Positions 1 through 7,374 of a stretch of 38,182 nucleotides of DNA are shown here, piece after piece; position 1 is the first letter of the stretch, and each line of letters starts with the position of its first letter. Both the position numbers and the translations under genes were made by a program. The stretch comes from Oscillospiraceae bacterium (GTDB lineage Bacteria; Bacillota; Clostridia; Oscillospirales; Ruminococcaceae). Where the stretch lies: assembly GCA_900768735.1 (NCBI GenBank), contig CAAGDZ010000015.1:1-38182 (forward strand), given 5' to 3'. Below the pieces are notes generated by a model that ran no database searches, was not told the DNA's origin, and worked only from the letters and a program-made list of their open reading frames with translations.

Positions 1-1
1 A

Positions 2-376
2 ACCGTTATTAATAGCGCTATAGCCTCTACAGAACTTGAAAAGGGATTTAAGCTTGAGAAATCGCATATATTATATTTCCTTAAAAAATTCCAAACGGCA
101 GATTACACAGATAGAGAGGCGCAGAAAAGGCTTGTTCAGACATTCATCAATTCCATTTATGTATATGATGATACATTGACTATAAGCTATAACTATTCGG
201 ATAACGGAAATAGCAGGACCTTAACGCTTGACGATATGGCGCGTATTGCCGATATGCAAGAGTTAAATGTGTTCGACTGCCGCGCTCCTAAGTCCACCAG
301 AGCGCGCGCATACGAACATAGTATAATTTGCTACGGTTCCATATTCGCAGTAAAAATAAACCTCCGGGGAGAATAA
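2..376 (+). CDS. Large serine recombinase (integrase), C-terminal part; 5' end outside the window
   Basis: Frame 2 is open from base 2 to TAA at 374-376 and reads ...FQTADYTDREAQKRLVQTFINSIYVYDDTLTISYNYSD..., a C-terminal signature I recognise from Firmicutes large serine recombinases. It converges on the phage operon. The catalytic domain is not visible. Confidence 0.75.
   Translation, partial: TVINSAIASTELEKGFKLEKSHILYFLKKFQTADYTDREAQKRLVQTFINSIYVYDDTLTISYNYSDNGNSRTLTLDDMARIADMQELNVFDCRAPKSTRARAYEHSIICYGSIFAVKINLRGE
270..318. other. Candidate attP site (imperfect inverted repeat) inside the integrase 3' end
   Basis: TGTTCGACTGCCGCGCTC (270-287) and GAGCGCGCGCATACGAACA (300-318) form an imperfect inverted repeat around CTAAGTCCACCA. 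Confidence 0.45.
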
Positions 377-393
377 CTCTCGGAGGTTTATTT
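354..393. terminator. Bidirectional intrinsic terminator between the convergent integrase and accessory operon
   Basis: AAATAAACCTCCG...CGGAGGTTTATTT inverted repeat with A/T tails on both sides. Confidence 0.8.
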
Positions 394-442
394 CTTTCGT
401 GTGTAGCTCAGCGACGTTTGAATTGCTCAAAAGCTTATATAG

Positions 443-463
443 CCGCGCCCACAAGGGGCGCGG
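443..463 (-). other. DGR target-recognition hairpin downstream of VR2
   Basis: CCGCGCCC-ACAAG-GGGCGCGG (8-bp GC stem, 5-nt loop), identical to 9487-9507 and 24 nt from the VR2 end. Confidence 0.85.
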
Positions 464-468
464 ATTTT

Positions 469-1272
469 TTATAAGGATTTAGGAATACGGAAGCAGACGG
501 GCGCGGCAATGTTACCGTTGGAGGCGTAGTAGGTGGCGCAACTGCCGCCGGTGTGGACACCGCACCAAACCGAGGAGTTACCCGAATAAGGTGAGTCCGT
601 CCAGTACCATTCTGTTTCAGCACCGCCCATAATATCAGACCGTACTCGATTATGCACATCTTTGTAGTATTCAAGCTGCTCATATACTCCTTTATCACCA
701 AAGCATTTATCCGCAGGGAATATTTCGGAGGCGGCGGGTAAAAATAATAACTGGCCGCGGCTATATTTCTCACCGCTGCTTTTGATATGTAGTCTTTCGG
801 TAGAAATTATAAACTGCTTTAAATCCGGGTGAAGTCTTTCCAAAACTGAATTCAGAAAATCATCAACACCTGTATGCGGACCGCGCCAACCGAGGCAATC
901 CCGGCTTTCAAAGCGATAAGCTCCATTATCAACATCTGTAACAACCCATTCGACAGGCGTTGAGTCCTCAAGGGTGTTATAAATTATATCGCCTACTGAT
1001 AAAAAGAGGACCCCGCTTTTAATCTGCTCAATAACCGCCGGCCACGGGTTAGATATGTACTTATTGCCGTTGAAAGGAACCGTTGGGGTACATTCTGATT
1101 TATTTTCCGCCTGTATAGTAATTCCTGACATAGCGCACTCCATTTTTTCAATTTTACCAAGCGTTTCTACAAAAAGCTTGAAAGAGTCACGCACTACATC
1201 TTTGGCGCCCTCGGCCTCAAAAACTATGCGGTCGGAAACAGAGAAAGCTATTTTTAATTCGGAATTTGACAT
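469..1272 (-). CDS. DGR target protein 2 (remote target; C-type-lectin-like/DUF6273-like domain with C-terminal variable region)
   Basis: 267-aa ORF with an RBS. The C-terminus SPYSGNSSVWCGVHTGGSCATYYASNGNIAAPVCFRI is encoded by VR2. The core (NPW..VGD..LFLPAASEIF..QLEYY..WYWT) parallels target 1. Confidence 0.88.
   Translation of the reverse strand: MSNSELKIAFSVSDRIVFEAEGAKDVVRDSFKLFVETLGKIEKMECAMSGITIQAENKSECTPTVPFNGNKYISNPWPAVIEQIKSGVLFLSVGDIIYNTLEDSTPVEWVVTDVDNGAYRFESRDCLGWRGPHTGVDDFLNSVLERLHPDLKQFIISTERLHIKSSGEKYSRGQLLFLPAASEIFPADKCFGDKGVYEQLEYYKDVHNRVRSDIMGGAETEWYWTDSPYSGNSSVWCGVHTGGSCATYYASNGNIAAPVCFRIPKSL
488..595 (-). repeat. DGR variable repeat VR2
   Basis: Ungapped alignment to TR 8837-8944 over 108 nt with 15 mismatches, all at TR adenines (T on the plus strand). 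Confidence 0.95.
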
Positions 1273-1307
1273 GTTATTTTTACCTCCAATTATTTTTTAT
1301 AAAATTT

Positions 1308-1901
1308 TTATATGCCTAATTGATTGCAAGCCATGTAGAACCCTGTGGACCAAAGATACACCCTCGGGTGAATTCTTCTGCCGCAGCAATACAGCCACTC
1401 GTAGCTATCAGACATAATTTGCTCAATTACTCTTGATAAGCTTTCACTCGGAATAAAACTGTTTGACGTACTGTTGATTACCTCAGCCTCGATAAATTCC
1501 CACAATTCTTGTTCACTGCTAAACTCGTCGCTGCTTTTTAAATATTCATCAATGCAGTCTTTATCAAGGTAGCTTTTTATATCGGAAACTACATCATCAC
1601 TGTAATAGGTGTATATGTTGGACGCACACTGTATTTTTCCGATATAATAATCAACGTTATTATGAATAAAGCCTTTTATTTTTGCAGGAGTCAAGGGATT
1701 GTACCAAGTAGCTATTGAATCGCCTATATCTCCGCTTACGATTAAAGAGCCTCTTAACTTGTCAACAATATAATTGGCGTAGTAATCGCCGCTGCCGTCC
1801 TCTCTGCGCCAATCAATGATTGTGTACCTGTCGCTGTCTTGAATAAGTGTAGCCTTATGGTTTTTAAAAGCTTCCTCGTACTGATTTTTAATCTCGCTCA
1901 C
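1308..1901 (-). CDS. Hypothetical phage protein
   Basis: Part of ORF 1308..1988. The likely start is GTG at 1901, preceded by GGAGG and overlapping the upstream gene. Confidence 0.7.
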   Translation of the reverse strand: MSEIKNQYEEAFKNHKATLIQDSDRYTIIDWRREDGSGDYYANYIVDKLRGSLIVSGDIGDSIATWYNPLTPAKIKGFIHNNVDYYIGKIQCASNIYTYYSDDVVSDIKSYLDKDCIDEYLKSSDEFSSEQELWEFIEAEVINSTSNSFIPSESLSRVIEQIMSDSYEWLYCCGRRIHPRVYLWSTGFYMACNQLGI

Positions 1902-2226
1902 AGTATTCCTCCATTTTTGCTCCGCAGTTCGGGCAGTATTTAAAAATTTTTGATACTCCTGACCCCTTAAATTTGTATAATTTTCCACACACAGAACAAC
2001 TATACACCCTCACCCAATCACCCCATATATTCTTTTTTTTATTATGGAGCCATTCCCCATGGTTAACAGGTGCAACGTCGGCGGAGGGCTGTAAATAAAT
2101 AAGACTTTTGACAGACAGCAAGGCATCTCTATATCCATTTATATATCTGCTGTTATTTATGCTCTCAGTAGGTATAAGTTCATCTATCAGTTTTTTCAGC
2201 GTTTCAACGTCTTTATATTCAGCCAT
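1888..2226 (-). CDS. Hypothetical protein with C-terminal zinc ribbon (DVAPV..HGEW..CSVC..CPNCGAKM)
   Basis: Two CxxC pairs. ATG at 2226 with a GGAG RBS. Common accessory family in clostridial phages. Confidence 0.75.
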   Translation of the reverse strand: MAEYKDVETLKKLIDELIPTESINNSRYINGYRDALLSVKSLIYLQPSADVAPVNHGEWLHNKKKNIWGDWVRVYSCSVCGKLYKFKGSGVSKIFKYCPNCGAKMEEYCERD

Positions 2227-2590
2227 TTTTACTCCTATCCATTTTTGCTCCGCAGTTCGGGCAATAACTGAACCTGTAATCTTGTTCGTTTGAATGCGTA
2301 CATTCTCCGTTTTCAAAGAAATACCCATCTGGAAATAATCCAAATCCACAGATATTACATTGAACAAGCCCTTTATTACAAACCCAATTCCCGTGACGAA
2401 CAGGTGCAACGTCTGATTTTATAACGTCAAAACACGTCCTTAACCATTCGGTAACGTTTTTCAGTTCAAATGAACCGTATCCAATATGCCATGTATTATC
2501 TGCTGTGTCATAATATTCTATTGAATAATAGGGCTTATCAACATTACCATTAACAACAATTTTGGGGTCTATTGCTTTAATCTTATCCAT
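2219..2590 (-). CDS. Hypothetical protein with C-terminal zinc ribbon (paralogous C-terminus to 1888-2226)
   Basis: DVAPVRHGNW..CNIC..YCPNCGAKM; ATG at 2590 after AAAGGA. Confidence 0.75.
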   Translation of the reverse strand: MDKIKAIDPKIVVNGNVDKPYYSIEYYDTADNTWHIGYGSFELKNVTEWLRTCFDVIKSDVAPVRHGNWVCNKGLVQCNICGFGLFPDGYFFENGECTHSNEQDYRFSYCPNCGAKMDRSKNG

Positions 2591-2603
2591 TGAATTTCCT
2601 TTC

Positions 2604-3104
2604 TCAGCATTTATGCGTTTTGACATTTTTTCCCTCCGTCATTTCTTTTGCAAGATTATCAATAATTTCAGGAGTAAACTGATAAGCTTTGACAAATTCA
2701 CAATCGCCTGAATACGAGAAGTATGTTCTTGACGCCCTCTTTTTAAGCTCCTCTACATACTCCTCTATAGCTTCCGCTCTTATGTTATTGACCTGTTTTT
2801 GAGGTCCTTTTTGTACTTTTTCTGTAAGTTCCCTCAATATTTCAGCTGCACGGCGGAATGGGATCTCCCTTGGGTTATCAAGCGGGTCCTTTACATAATC
2901 GCCAATCATAAGTCCGTCACTGTGTTCTATCGCGTATGCCCCCGCCCGCATAGCGAGTTCTGTTTCTTCGTCGATTAAGATTACATTACTTGCAGTGAGA
3001 AAATCCGCTATAAAATCGTAAATAGCTACGGGGTTTTCGCCCCCTGTACCGTATGCCGCTATAGCATTTTTTATAAGCCAAGATAATTTTTGATTATCAG
3101 CCAT
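2604..3104 (-). CDS. Hypothetical phage protein
   Basis: 166-aa ORF, GGAGGG RBS, packed in the operon. Confidence 0.7.
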   Translation of the reverse strand: MADNQKLSWLIKNAIAAYGTGGENPVAIYDFIADFLTASNVILIDEETELAMRAGAYAIEHSDGLMIGDYVKDPLDNPREIPFRRAAEILRELTEKVQKGPQKQVNNIRAEAIEEYVEELKKRASRTYFSYSGDCEFVKAYQFTPEIIDNLAKEMTEGKNVKTHKC

Positions 3105-3109
3105 AATAT

Positions 3110-3412
3110 TTAACCCTCCTTTTTCTTAGTCACTTTTTCCAGTAGAACGCCGTTCATATCCCACAATCTGTCATTGTTCGTATTATTAACGCGTCCAAGT
3201 TCTGAAATTATTGTATCTTTTACGGCGATTTGGCTTTCAAGGGCGCTTATTTTTTCCTGTAAGGATTTTATTTCGTCGTCCTTAAAGCCGAGCAGCATAT
3301 CACTATGCCATTTCAGCTCTTTTTTCTCACCCTTGCTTGATAAGAAAATTACTAAAATAGCAATTATGCTGACAGCCATAATCGCCGCAGTCGTTTGCAT
3401 TTCAGGGGTCAT
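3110..3412 (-). CDS. Hypothetical membrane-anchored coiled-coil protein
   Basis: N-terminal hydrophobic helix (AAIMAVSIIAILVIFL) followed by a heptad-like segment. ATG at 3412 after GGAGG. Confidence 0.65.
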   Translation of the reverse strand: MTPEMQTTAAIMAVSIIAILVIFLSSKGEKKELKWHSDMLLGFKDDEIKSLQEKISALESQIAVKDTIISELGRVNNTNNDRLWDMNGVLLEKVTKKKEG

Positions 3413-3417
3413 TATTC

Positions 3418-3681
3418 TTAAGCCTCCTTTCTTCTGAACGCCCATACAGGGCAGCCCTTTTTAGGCTTTGACATCTCAAGCCACCAAGTATTACGCGGTC
3501 CCGCACCGGGGTCGTCATCATCAATCCCATATCCGTAACGAACATAAGCATTGGTTTTTTCGACCTCCTCAACACCGAGTTCTCTTTTCGCTATTTCGGT
3601 TGCCTCCTGCTCCGTGTAGCGCTCCTTGCTGACCGCTACCGGGTAATCTCCGGTAAACGCGTCATAATCAAATTTGCTCAT
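3418..3681 (-). CDS. Hypothetical phage protein
   Basis: 87-aa ORF with ATGA overlap with the upstream gene and an AGGAGG RBS. Confidence 0.7.
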   Translation of the reverse strand: MSKFDYDAFTGDYPVAVSKERYTEQEATEIAKRELGVEEVEKTNAYVRYGYGIDDDDPGAGPRNTWWLEMSKPKKGCPVWAFRRKEA

Positions 3682-4676
3682 TCTTTTAAGTCCTCCTTTT
3701 CAAGTTTTACTCCGATTTTATATTGCAGTTCCCGATAACCTAAACCGTTCTTAGGCTTAAAAACCCCGTCCACATACTCCCCGCCGCGCATGCAGTAATC
3801 GTACAATTTCGGGTGTGTTACAGCCATTCTTTGAAACCTATTAGGTTCTTTTTCCATGTGGACGCCGAATAAGCAGAACATACAGCCTGTCCGTTCTACG
3901 CCTGTATTGAAATACTCGCCGTTTTCGTTCTGTTTTATCTCCCCGTATATAGAGCAGTAGTCAAGATTATTTTCCACGATATAACGCAGTATGTCCTGAC
4001 TCGTCCAAAATCCGAGCGGTTTGCTCTGTGGGTGTTTGCCCTTGATAATGTTGCAGCCGGTTTTTTCATAGGTTCTCCGGCGCATAATGCTTTCATCTTG
4101 AACAATGCCTAAGAATGGCCGCCGCCCCGTTTCGCGTTGGTATTTATACATAGGGCGCTTTTTCATAACATCACAACATTTTTCGGAAAAATCAACATCA
4201 CCGTTTATAAGCGGTTTCCAACATTCGGGCAGTTTTCCCATTTTCCCGCGTTCATCACCATACAGTAGATAATTGCGGAACCGTTCGGATAAATTTCCAT
4301 GCCGCAGCTTTCGTATTTTTGCGGCGGTTTCCTTTGAGGGAAAAGGATAACCATATTTTTGCAGAACTTGAATAAAGCTCATTTCGGGTTTAATCTCTAC
4401 AATATTTTTCTGCCTGCGGACAAATTCAACGATTTCAGGATATTCCAACCCTGTGTTTACAAAAACAGCGGGTATATCTTCGCCAATCGTCTTACGGACT
4501 AAGTGTAGCAGTACCGTACTGTCCAAGCCGCCCGAAAAAGATATGTACGTTTCAAATTGCTTGTTAAAATCAACAATCCGCGTTTCAGTAAGATTAAGCT
4601 TTGCCTCATACGGCAAATTTTTTCTTTGCGCAAAAGCCCAGTCTTTTAGTTTTAAATCTACATCTTGAATATACAA
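3678..4676 (-). CDS. Phosphoadenosine phosphosulfate (PAPS) reductase family protein
   Basis: PP-loop SFSGGLDSTVL, NTGLEYPE, KCC and RTGCMFC cysteine motifs. TTG start after AGGAGG. Confidence 0.85.
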   Translation of the reverse strand: MYIQDVDLKLKDWAFAQRKNLPYEAKLNLTETRIVDFNKQFETYISFSGGLDSTVLLHLVRKTIGEDIPAVFVNTGLEYPEIVEFVRRQKNIVEIKPEMSFIQVLQKYGYPFPSKETAAKIRKLRHGNLSERFRNYLLYGDERGKMGKLPECWKPLINGDVDFSEKCCDVMKKRPMYKYQRETGRRPFLGIVQDESIMRRRTYEKTGCNIIKGKHPQSKPLGFWTSQDILRYIVENNLDYCSIYGEIKQNENGEYFNTGVERTGCMFCLFGVHMEKEPNRFQRMAVTHPKLYDYCMRGGEYVDGVFKPKNGLGYRELQYKIGVKLEKEDLKE

Positions 4677-4725
4677 ACAGCTAACCTCCTTTTATTTATA
4701 GCTAAATAAATTTAGCCTTGTTCTT

Positions 4726-4754
4726 AATATAGCATAAAAAATTATACTTGTCAA
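4726..4754 (-). promoter_or_regulatory. sigmaA promoter of the accessory operon, with a palindromic operator in the spacer
   Basis: Minus strand reads TTGACA-17nt-TATATT with an extended TG. The spacer palindrome AGCATAAAAAATTATACT (4731-4748) recurs at 28936-28953. Confidence 0.75.
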
Positions 4755-4819
4755 TTGCTTTAGTATATTTTTTTAACGAGTATTAAAAATAAATTATACT
4801 GATATAACAACCCGCATTT

Positions 4820-5075
4820 TTTGTAACAGTTACGCGCACGCGCGTATATACACCCGTAACAGGCGGAATAGAGAGAACAGGGAGTATATTTCTCTCTATT
4901 CTCTCTAATTTACCCTTTAATAGAGTTTTTTTGTAACATTGTAACACTATGTCAAAATCCCCTTTTGTAGTGCGTATTTGCTTATAATTTATCAGCCGTA
5001 ACATTTTGTAACTTTGTAACATTAGCAGACGTAACATTTTTTGAATGTTACGGCATTGTTACGCTAATGTTACAT
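4820..5075. repeat. GTAAC/GTTAC iteron-hairpin element, copy A
   Basis: 12 GTAAC/GTTAC pentamers and a GAATAGAGAGAA..TTCTCTCTATTC hairpin. Blocks 4905-4946, 4995-5021 and 5031-5062 are identical to copy C at a constant 31400-nt offset. Confidence 0.85.
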
Positions 5076-5085
5076 GATTTTGAGC

Positions 5086-5124
5086 ATAAAAAAATAACGG
5101 CGGTCTTATCCTGACCGCCGTTAT
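5086..5124 (-). terminator. Intrinsic terminator ending the lysis operon
   Basis: ATAACGGCGGTC..GACCGCCGTTAT stem followed by a T-run on the minus strand. Confidence 0.85.
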
Positions 5125-5130
5125 CGTTTA

Positions 5131-5895
5131 TTATTTTATTGCAGATTTGACAATCCATTGGTCCTTGTCACCTGCGAGTTTAACATAGGTGTATTTTGTA
5201 TCAGCGTCTACAGTGTCGGAGCCGATTACTATTACGCATTTACTACCAACTTTAAGCAATCCGAGGTCGGCTCCTTTAGTGGAGGGCTTACTACGAATAA
5301 CAGCATTGTAGGCAAGCGTTACCGGTTTCAGCTGCGGGGCGTTATCCTGAGCAGCGTACTCAATATAGGGGCATTTGAACCAGTGGGTCCAACCGTTCCA
5401 GTCTGAAACTTTGGCCTTACTTACTCCGTCCCCTCTCGCAGACAAAGTGCTTTCGATTAACCACCCGTCCCCGATATAAACTCCCACATGAGGATGGGTT
5501 TTACTGTATAAAATTAACCCCGGTATTTCGGGCAGGGTATTAATTGGCCCTTTTTCGGTGGCGCGTTGGAACATAAGATTAGCGTTTATATCGGGAGGAT
5601 AGCCCGATTTACCGTACATAGGAGAACCGGTACCGCCATTTTCTTTGCCGCTCCATAAATACGATTTTACTAAGCCGACGCAGTCAACTCCATAGCAGTC
5701 TTTTCCGAAAAGTTCAGAAAGCTCTTTCCACCGCGCCTCTGTATATCCGGTTCCTGCTTTAGTACCGTATATCTTTTTGAGGGTTGCATATTGCTTTTCG
5801 ATTGTTCGGAGAATGCCGCCCCACATATATTTGGTACGCAGATTAAGCGCCATTTTTACATGCTTGACAAGCCCTGTATTTGTATGCTTTTCCAT
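5131..5895 (-). CDS. Endolysin (NlpC/P60-CHAP-like peptidase plus SH3-like cell-wall-binding domain)
   Basis: Y.WGG, DCVGL (catalytic Cys), HVGVYIG (His) and a C-terminal AVIRSKPST SH3-like segment. Lies downstream of the holins. Confidence 0.85.
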   Translation of the reverse strand: MEKHTNTGLVKHVKMALNLRTKYMWGGILRTIEKQYATLKKIYGTKAGTGYTEARWKELSELFGKDCYGVDCVGLVKSYLWSGKENGGTGSPMYGKSGYPPDINANLMFQRATEKGPINTLPEIPGLILYSKTHPHVGVYIGDGWLIESTLSARGDGVSKAKVSDWNGWTHWFKCPYIEYAAQDNAPQLKPVTLAYNAVIRSKPSTKGADLGLLKVGSKCVIVIGSDTVDADTKYTYVKLAGDKDQWIVKSAIK

Positions 5896-5897
5896 AA

Positions 5898-6260
5898 TTA
5901 CGACTCCTTTTCAGCCTCTTTTTGCTTTTCCTCTGCATTCATAATATATTCGCCTATTTGGTTGCCGTCTTCAATCCATTTGCGCATGGTACGCAGCGCA
6001 ATATCTACCCACCGTGAAAAAGTTTCGGGCGAAATAACAGTAGCAATTTTAGGGAAAGCCTTAATAAATTGGTCGTACACCAATCTTAATTTGTATTGTC
6101 CTGTCTTTGCCCCGAGCTGCTTTTCAGCCTCGGAAACGGCATAGGTGAGCCACATTATAATACGCTTTTTCTGATTAAGAACCGCCCATATTATAACTAC
6201 GGCAGCACACATTGCGGCGATAATGTAAGCAATAATAACTATTATGTTTTCAATCTGCAT
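5898..6260 (-). CDS. Holin-like protein (LL-H-like, one N-terminal transmembrane helix)
   Basis: TM helix then AVSEAEKQLGAKTGQYKL; directly upstream of the endolysin. ATG at 6260 after GGAGG. Confidence 0.7.
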   Translation of the reverse strand: MQIENIIVIIAYIIAAMCAAVVIIWAVLNQKKRIIMWLTYAVSEAEKQLGAKTGQYKLRLVYDQFIKAFPKIATVISPETFSRWVDIALRTMRKWIEDGNQIGEYIMNAEEKQKEAEKES

Positions 6261-6573
6261 TTTGTTCCTCCTTTTCCTGATTAATGGTTTCAATCAGCCC
6301 GAATTTTGCGGAGGTGTATGCACGGACAGAATTCTGTATTGCGTAACCCACAAAGCTTATGCCTGACGCACCCCAAAGACTGTCTATTATAGCAATAGAT
6401 AATTCCGAAACAGGGTTTTTATCAAACCAAGCTAAAACAAAGCTTGCAGACGTATATATAATTGAGATTATAATACACGCTGCAAGCCATATTTTAGAAA
6501 ATTCGCGCTTCTTTTTGGTGCATTTTACAGGCTTTTTCTTTCGTGCGTTACCGGTTTCGATATTTATACGCAC
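6250..6573 (-). CDS. Two-TM membrane protein of the lysis module (holin-like)
   Basis: Basic N-terminus, EFSKIW, and two hydrophobic segments. Confidence 0.65.
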   Translation of the reverse strand: MRINIETGNARKKKPVKCTKKKREFSKIWLAACIIISIIYTSASFVLAWFDKNPVSELSIAIIDSLWGASGISFVGYAIQNSVRAYTSAKFGLIETINQEKEEQNAD

Positions 6574-6579
6574 AATAAT

Positions 6580-6864
6580 TTAACCCCCGAATACTAATTG
6601 AACTATCGCCATACCGAGTGCGCCTACGACTGCACTTATAAGCCCGGTGCCTACAAGCTCCCATTTTTTGGCAGGTTTTTGCTCAATCTCGGTAACCTTG
6701 CTTTCGATTTTGTTTAAATCTTCACGCATGTATTTAACCTCTTCAACAATACTGCGTATATTCTCAATAAGCGATTCCTGTTTATCCACGCGTTTATGTA
6801 AGGATTTTACCGAGCTTTCAACTGCGGTTATTCGTTCCCGTATTTCTACGTCGTTCTCGTCCAT
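6580..6864 (-). CDS. XhlA/holin-like protein (coiled coil plus C-terminal TM)
   Basis: ERITAVESSVKSLHKRVD coiled coil and a C-terminal hydrophobic helix. Confidence 0.7.
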   Translation of the reverse strand: MDENDVEIRERITAVESSVKSLHKRVDKQESLIENIRSIVEEVKYMREDLNKIESKVTEIEQKPAKKWELVGTGLISAVVGALGMAIVQLVFGG

Positions 6865-6900
6865 TTATATCACCCCCGCCGTGTAGCAATACACCTGTTA

Positions 6901-7368
6901 TTATTCCGTTTCCTCTGCGGCAACTACCTCGCTGTTGGTACTGTCGCCGCCGTTGTCCTCCTCGGTTTCGGCGGAAACCTCACCGTCGGTACTGTCAATA
7001 CTGTTTTCCTCGGAGGTTTCGGCAGGAGCCTCGCCGTCGCTGTTATCGTCTGCTGTGATGTCGCTATCTTCTGTTTCGACATTCATTACAGCAGTTTCGT
7101 CGGCTTCGGCGGATTCCTCGGTATCAAACATAGGCGGCTCCGGCTCGGGTTCAGGTTCGGGCATTTCCTCAAGCAGCTTTTCAAGCTCATTGAGTTTTGC
7201 ACGCCATTCTTTACGGTCGGCAATCTTCTCTGCGAAAGGGGCGGTTTCCTCCCCGTTCATTAAAGCCTCGGTGACCTTTAATGCAATATAATCGCTGTCC
7301 TTAAGCAGGATTTTGAGTGCATTAATCTCCCCAATGATTTCCTCGCGTGTCATTGTTGTTTCGTTCAT
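6901..7368 (-). CDS. Putative tail-fibre assembly/chaperone-like protein with acidic repetitive tail
   Basis: LLKDSDYIALK..RKEWRAKLNELE motif of the kind seen after tail-fibre genes in clostridial phages. The C-terminal half is D/E-rich with ~17-aa repeats. Confidence 0.55.
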   Translation of the reverse strand: MNETTMTREEIIGEINALKILLKDSDYIALKVTEALMNGEETAPFAEKIADRKEWRAKLNELEKLLEEMPEPEPEPEPPMFDTEESAEADETAVMNVETEDSDITADDNSDGEAPAETSEENSIDSTDGEVSAETEEDNGGDSTNSEVVAAEETE

Positions 7369-7374
7369 GGTTTT

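Noticed and set aside
270..299. tRNA gene or fragment (GTTCGACT...CCACCA)
   Set aside because: There are 17 nt rather than 12 between the T-loop and ACCA, with no T-stem or cloverleaf. It is kept only as a candidate att site.
435..773. Alternative-frame ORFs 435-773 and 9465-9653 that resemble each other
   Set aside because: The similarity is a by-product of VR1/VR2 and the shared hairpin read in another frame; they have no RBS.
3678..4676. Dnd phosphorothioation system
   Set aside because: Only a PAPS-reductase-family gene is present; no dndA/B/D/E or ssp partners are in the window.
4783..5037. 84-aa ORF over repeat copy A (and 36441-36701 over copy C)
   Set aside because: These lie on the iteron element or antisense to a real gene, have no RBS, and translate to repeat-derived sequence.
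4820..5075. GTAAC repeats as a CRISPR array
   Set aside because: The repeats are 5-8 nt, irregularly spaced and in both orientations; there is no repeat-spacer period and no cas gene.
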